Assembly (NCBI GenBank): GCA_002269645.1
Contig: NIVC01003584.1
Location: forward strand, 1 to 64,000
Length of the DNA: 64,000 nt
DNA from: Macrostomum lignano
Lineage: Eukaryota
Direction: 5' to 3'
This document shows positions 62,601-64,000 of the stretch, piece after piece (the first letter of the stretch is position 1; each line of letters opens with the position of its first letter). A program made the translations under genes and the position numbers. The notes beneath the pieces were generated by a model. It made no database searches. It was not told the DNA's origin and was given only the letters and a program-made list of their open reading frames with translations.

Positions 62601-63318
62601 GCAGCTCACCCCCAGCTCCATCACAGGGCAGCGATCACCCCCAGCTCCATCTCACGGCAGCTCACCCATCAACCACGCAGAGCAGGCAGCGCATCCAGGT
62701 CTCCAGATTCTTCCAGCCGGCCGTGTCGTGAAAGATGGCCTCCTTGTCGTGCCGCTCCGCCGACATCATTGGCGACGGGCTGTCGGGTCGCGACGAGTCG
62801 GAAGGCGAGGCGTCCCTGGCGTCGCCAGCGGTCATCCGCTCCAAGTTGTCGCGGATGCCCGCCAGAATCAGCGGCCGGAGCAACTCCACGAAGAAGCCGC
62901 CGCTGTCACCTCCGCCAGCCGCTTCGGTGGGCTGGTCGCGCCGGCAGACTTCGCCGACGCACTCGCCGGCGGCAACCCGGACTCGAAACTCCGGATCGCT
63001 GAGCAGCGGCAGAGCTCGGTCGAGATGCCGACGGAGCAGCTCCGGGGAAACCGGCGGCTGGAGATGTTGGAGCAGCAGGCAGCTGGCGCGCAGGCAACCG
63101 AAGCGCTGCTCCCAGGCCTCGGGCTCCAGCTGGCCGGAATCGGCCGCCTGCCACTTGGTATCCAGCCAAGCTGCCACCGTTGCTAGGGCAGAGCTCAAGT
63201 CGGTTGCCAGGGCGGACTGGACGGCAGTTTCTGAGCGGTCTCGCTCGAGCTTGGTGCCTGCGCAGAGGCCATCCAGACTGGCCGTCAGCGAGGCAGACTG
63301 CGGATGATCCACCTCCAT
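59661..63318 (-). CDS. HEAT/ARM-repeat protein (exons 63318-62666, 62156-61646, 61106-60472, 59946-59661; 695 codons)
   Basis: LSDPEFRVRVAAGECVG, LSDNWSQVRMAAS, NHAVREAACACIAEL, DDSWPVRDAACIACG and LRDSVPSVRQGAA HEAT-type motifs; splice phases consistent. Confidence 0.85.
60050..60465. repeat. 14-bp minisatellite (GCAATCAGACAACT) with a higher-order unit, intronic
   Basis: Direct reading. Confidence 0.93.
61175..61570. repeat. About 50-bp degenerate minisatellite (GGGGTCAGTGACC...ATAGACAGTATAGTGACTG), intronic
   Basis: Direct reading. Confidence 0.85.
62395..62660. repeat. 28-bp minisatellite (CCCCCAGCTTCATCTCTATGGCAGCTCA), intronic
   Basis: Direct reading. Confidence 0.93.
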
Positions 63319-63364
63319 GAATATGGAGGGCGGCTTGGTCTGGGTTTGGTTTGCTTTTGAAGGG

Positions 63365-63950
63365 CCCAGCAACTGAGGATCTGGGAGGCTGACCCAGCAA
63401 CTGAGGAGCTGGGAGGCTGGCCCAGCAACTGAGGAGCTGGGAGGCTGGCTCAGCAACTGAGGATCTGGGAAGCTGGCTCAGCAACTGATGATGTCGGAGG
63501 CTGGCCTCAGCAACTGAGGATCTGGGAAGCTGGCTCAGCAACTGAGGAGCTGGGAGGCTGGCCCAGCAACTGAGGAGCTGGGAGGCTGGCCCAGCAACTG
63601 AGGATCTGGGAAACTGGCTCAGCAACTGAGGATCTGGGAAGCTGGCTCAGCAACTGATGATGTCGGAGGCTGGCCTCAGCAACTGAGGAGCTGGGAGGCT
63701 GGCCCAGCAACTGAGGAGCTGGGAGGCTGGCTCAGCAACTGAGGATCTGGGAAGCTGGCTCAGCAACTGATTATGTCGGAGGCTGGCCTCAGCAACTGAG
63801 GATCTGGGAAGCTGGCTCAGCAACTGAGGAGCTGGGAGGCTGGCCCAGCAACTGAGGATCTGGGAAGCTGGCCTCAGCAACTGAGGATCTGGGAGGCTGG
63901 TGGCCCAGCAACTGAGGATCTGGGAAGCTGGCTCAGCAACTGAAGAGCTG
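63365..63950. repeat. 28-bp minisatellite (CAGCAACTGAGGAGCTGGGAGGCTGGCC)
   Basis: Direct reading. Confidence 0.93.
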
Positions 63951-64000
63951 GCCGTAGTTTATTTAGGAAACACTGAATGTCTTGAAATAAAAAAACATGG

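Overview
Eukaryotic, repeat-rich genomic DNA with GT-AG introns packed with mini- and microsatellites. A free-living flatworm such as Macrostomum is my inference from sequence style, not something the sequence proves. (1) 1-9389 is the right part of a Polinton/Maverick (adintovirus-like) element: protein-primed PolB, DDE integrase, parvovirus-type PLA2, an adenovirus pX-like protein, a decayed adenain protease and a terminus ending in CTACT. (2) 9.4-46 kb is a patchwork of direct and inverted segmental duplications. It holds five intact two-exon genes, plus one truncated copy, for a small secreted signal peptide-WSC-PAN/Apple protein. Their WSC loops are hypervariable and mosaic while the intron and PAN exon are nearly invariant, and each intact copy has an RFX X-box-like motif about 90 bp upstream. 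The region also has one intact and two broken argininosuccinate lyase (ASL) copies, a truncated BEL/Pao LTR element inside a (TCAG)n tract, a Gypsy remnant, and LINE, Penelope and SINE fragments. (3) 43-64 kb carries four minus-strand genes in tandem (HEAT/ARM protein, unknown Cys-containing protein, RING-finger protein, ASL) separated mostly by minisatellites. The ASL frame begins in phase 0 at a splice acceptor with no Met, as expected if a flatworm spliced leader supplies the AUG. Exon structures were derived by hand from splice signals and reading-frame continuity; no database searches were run.
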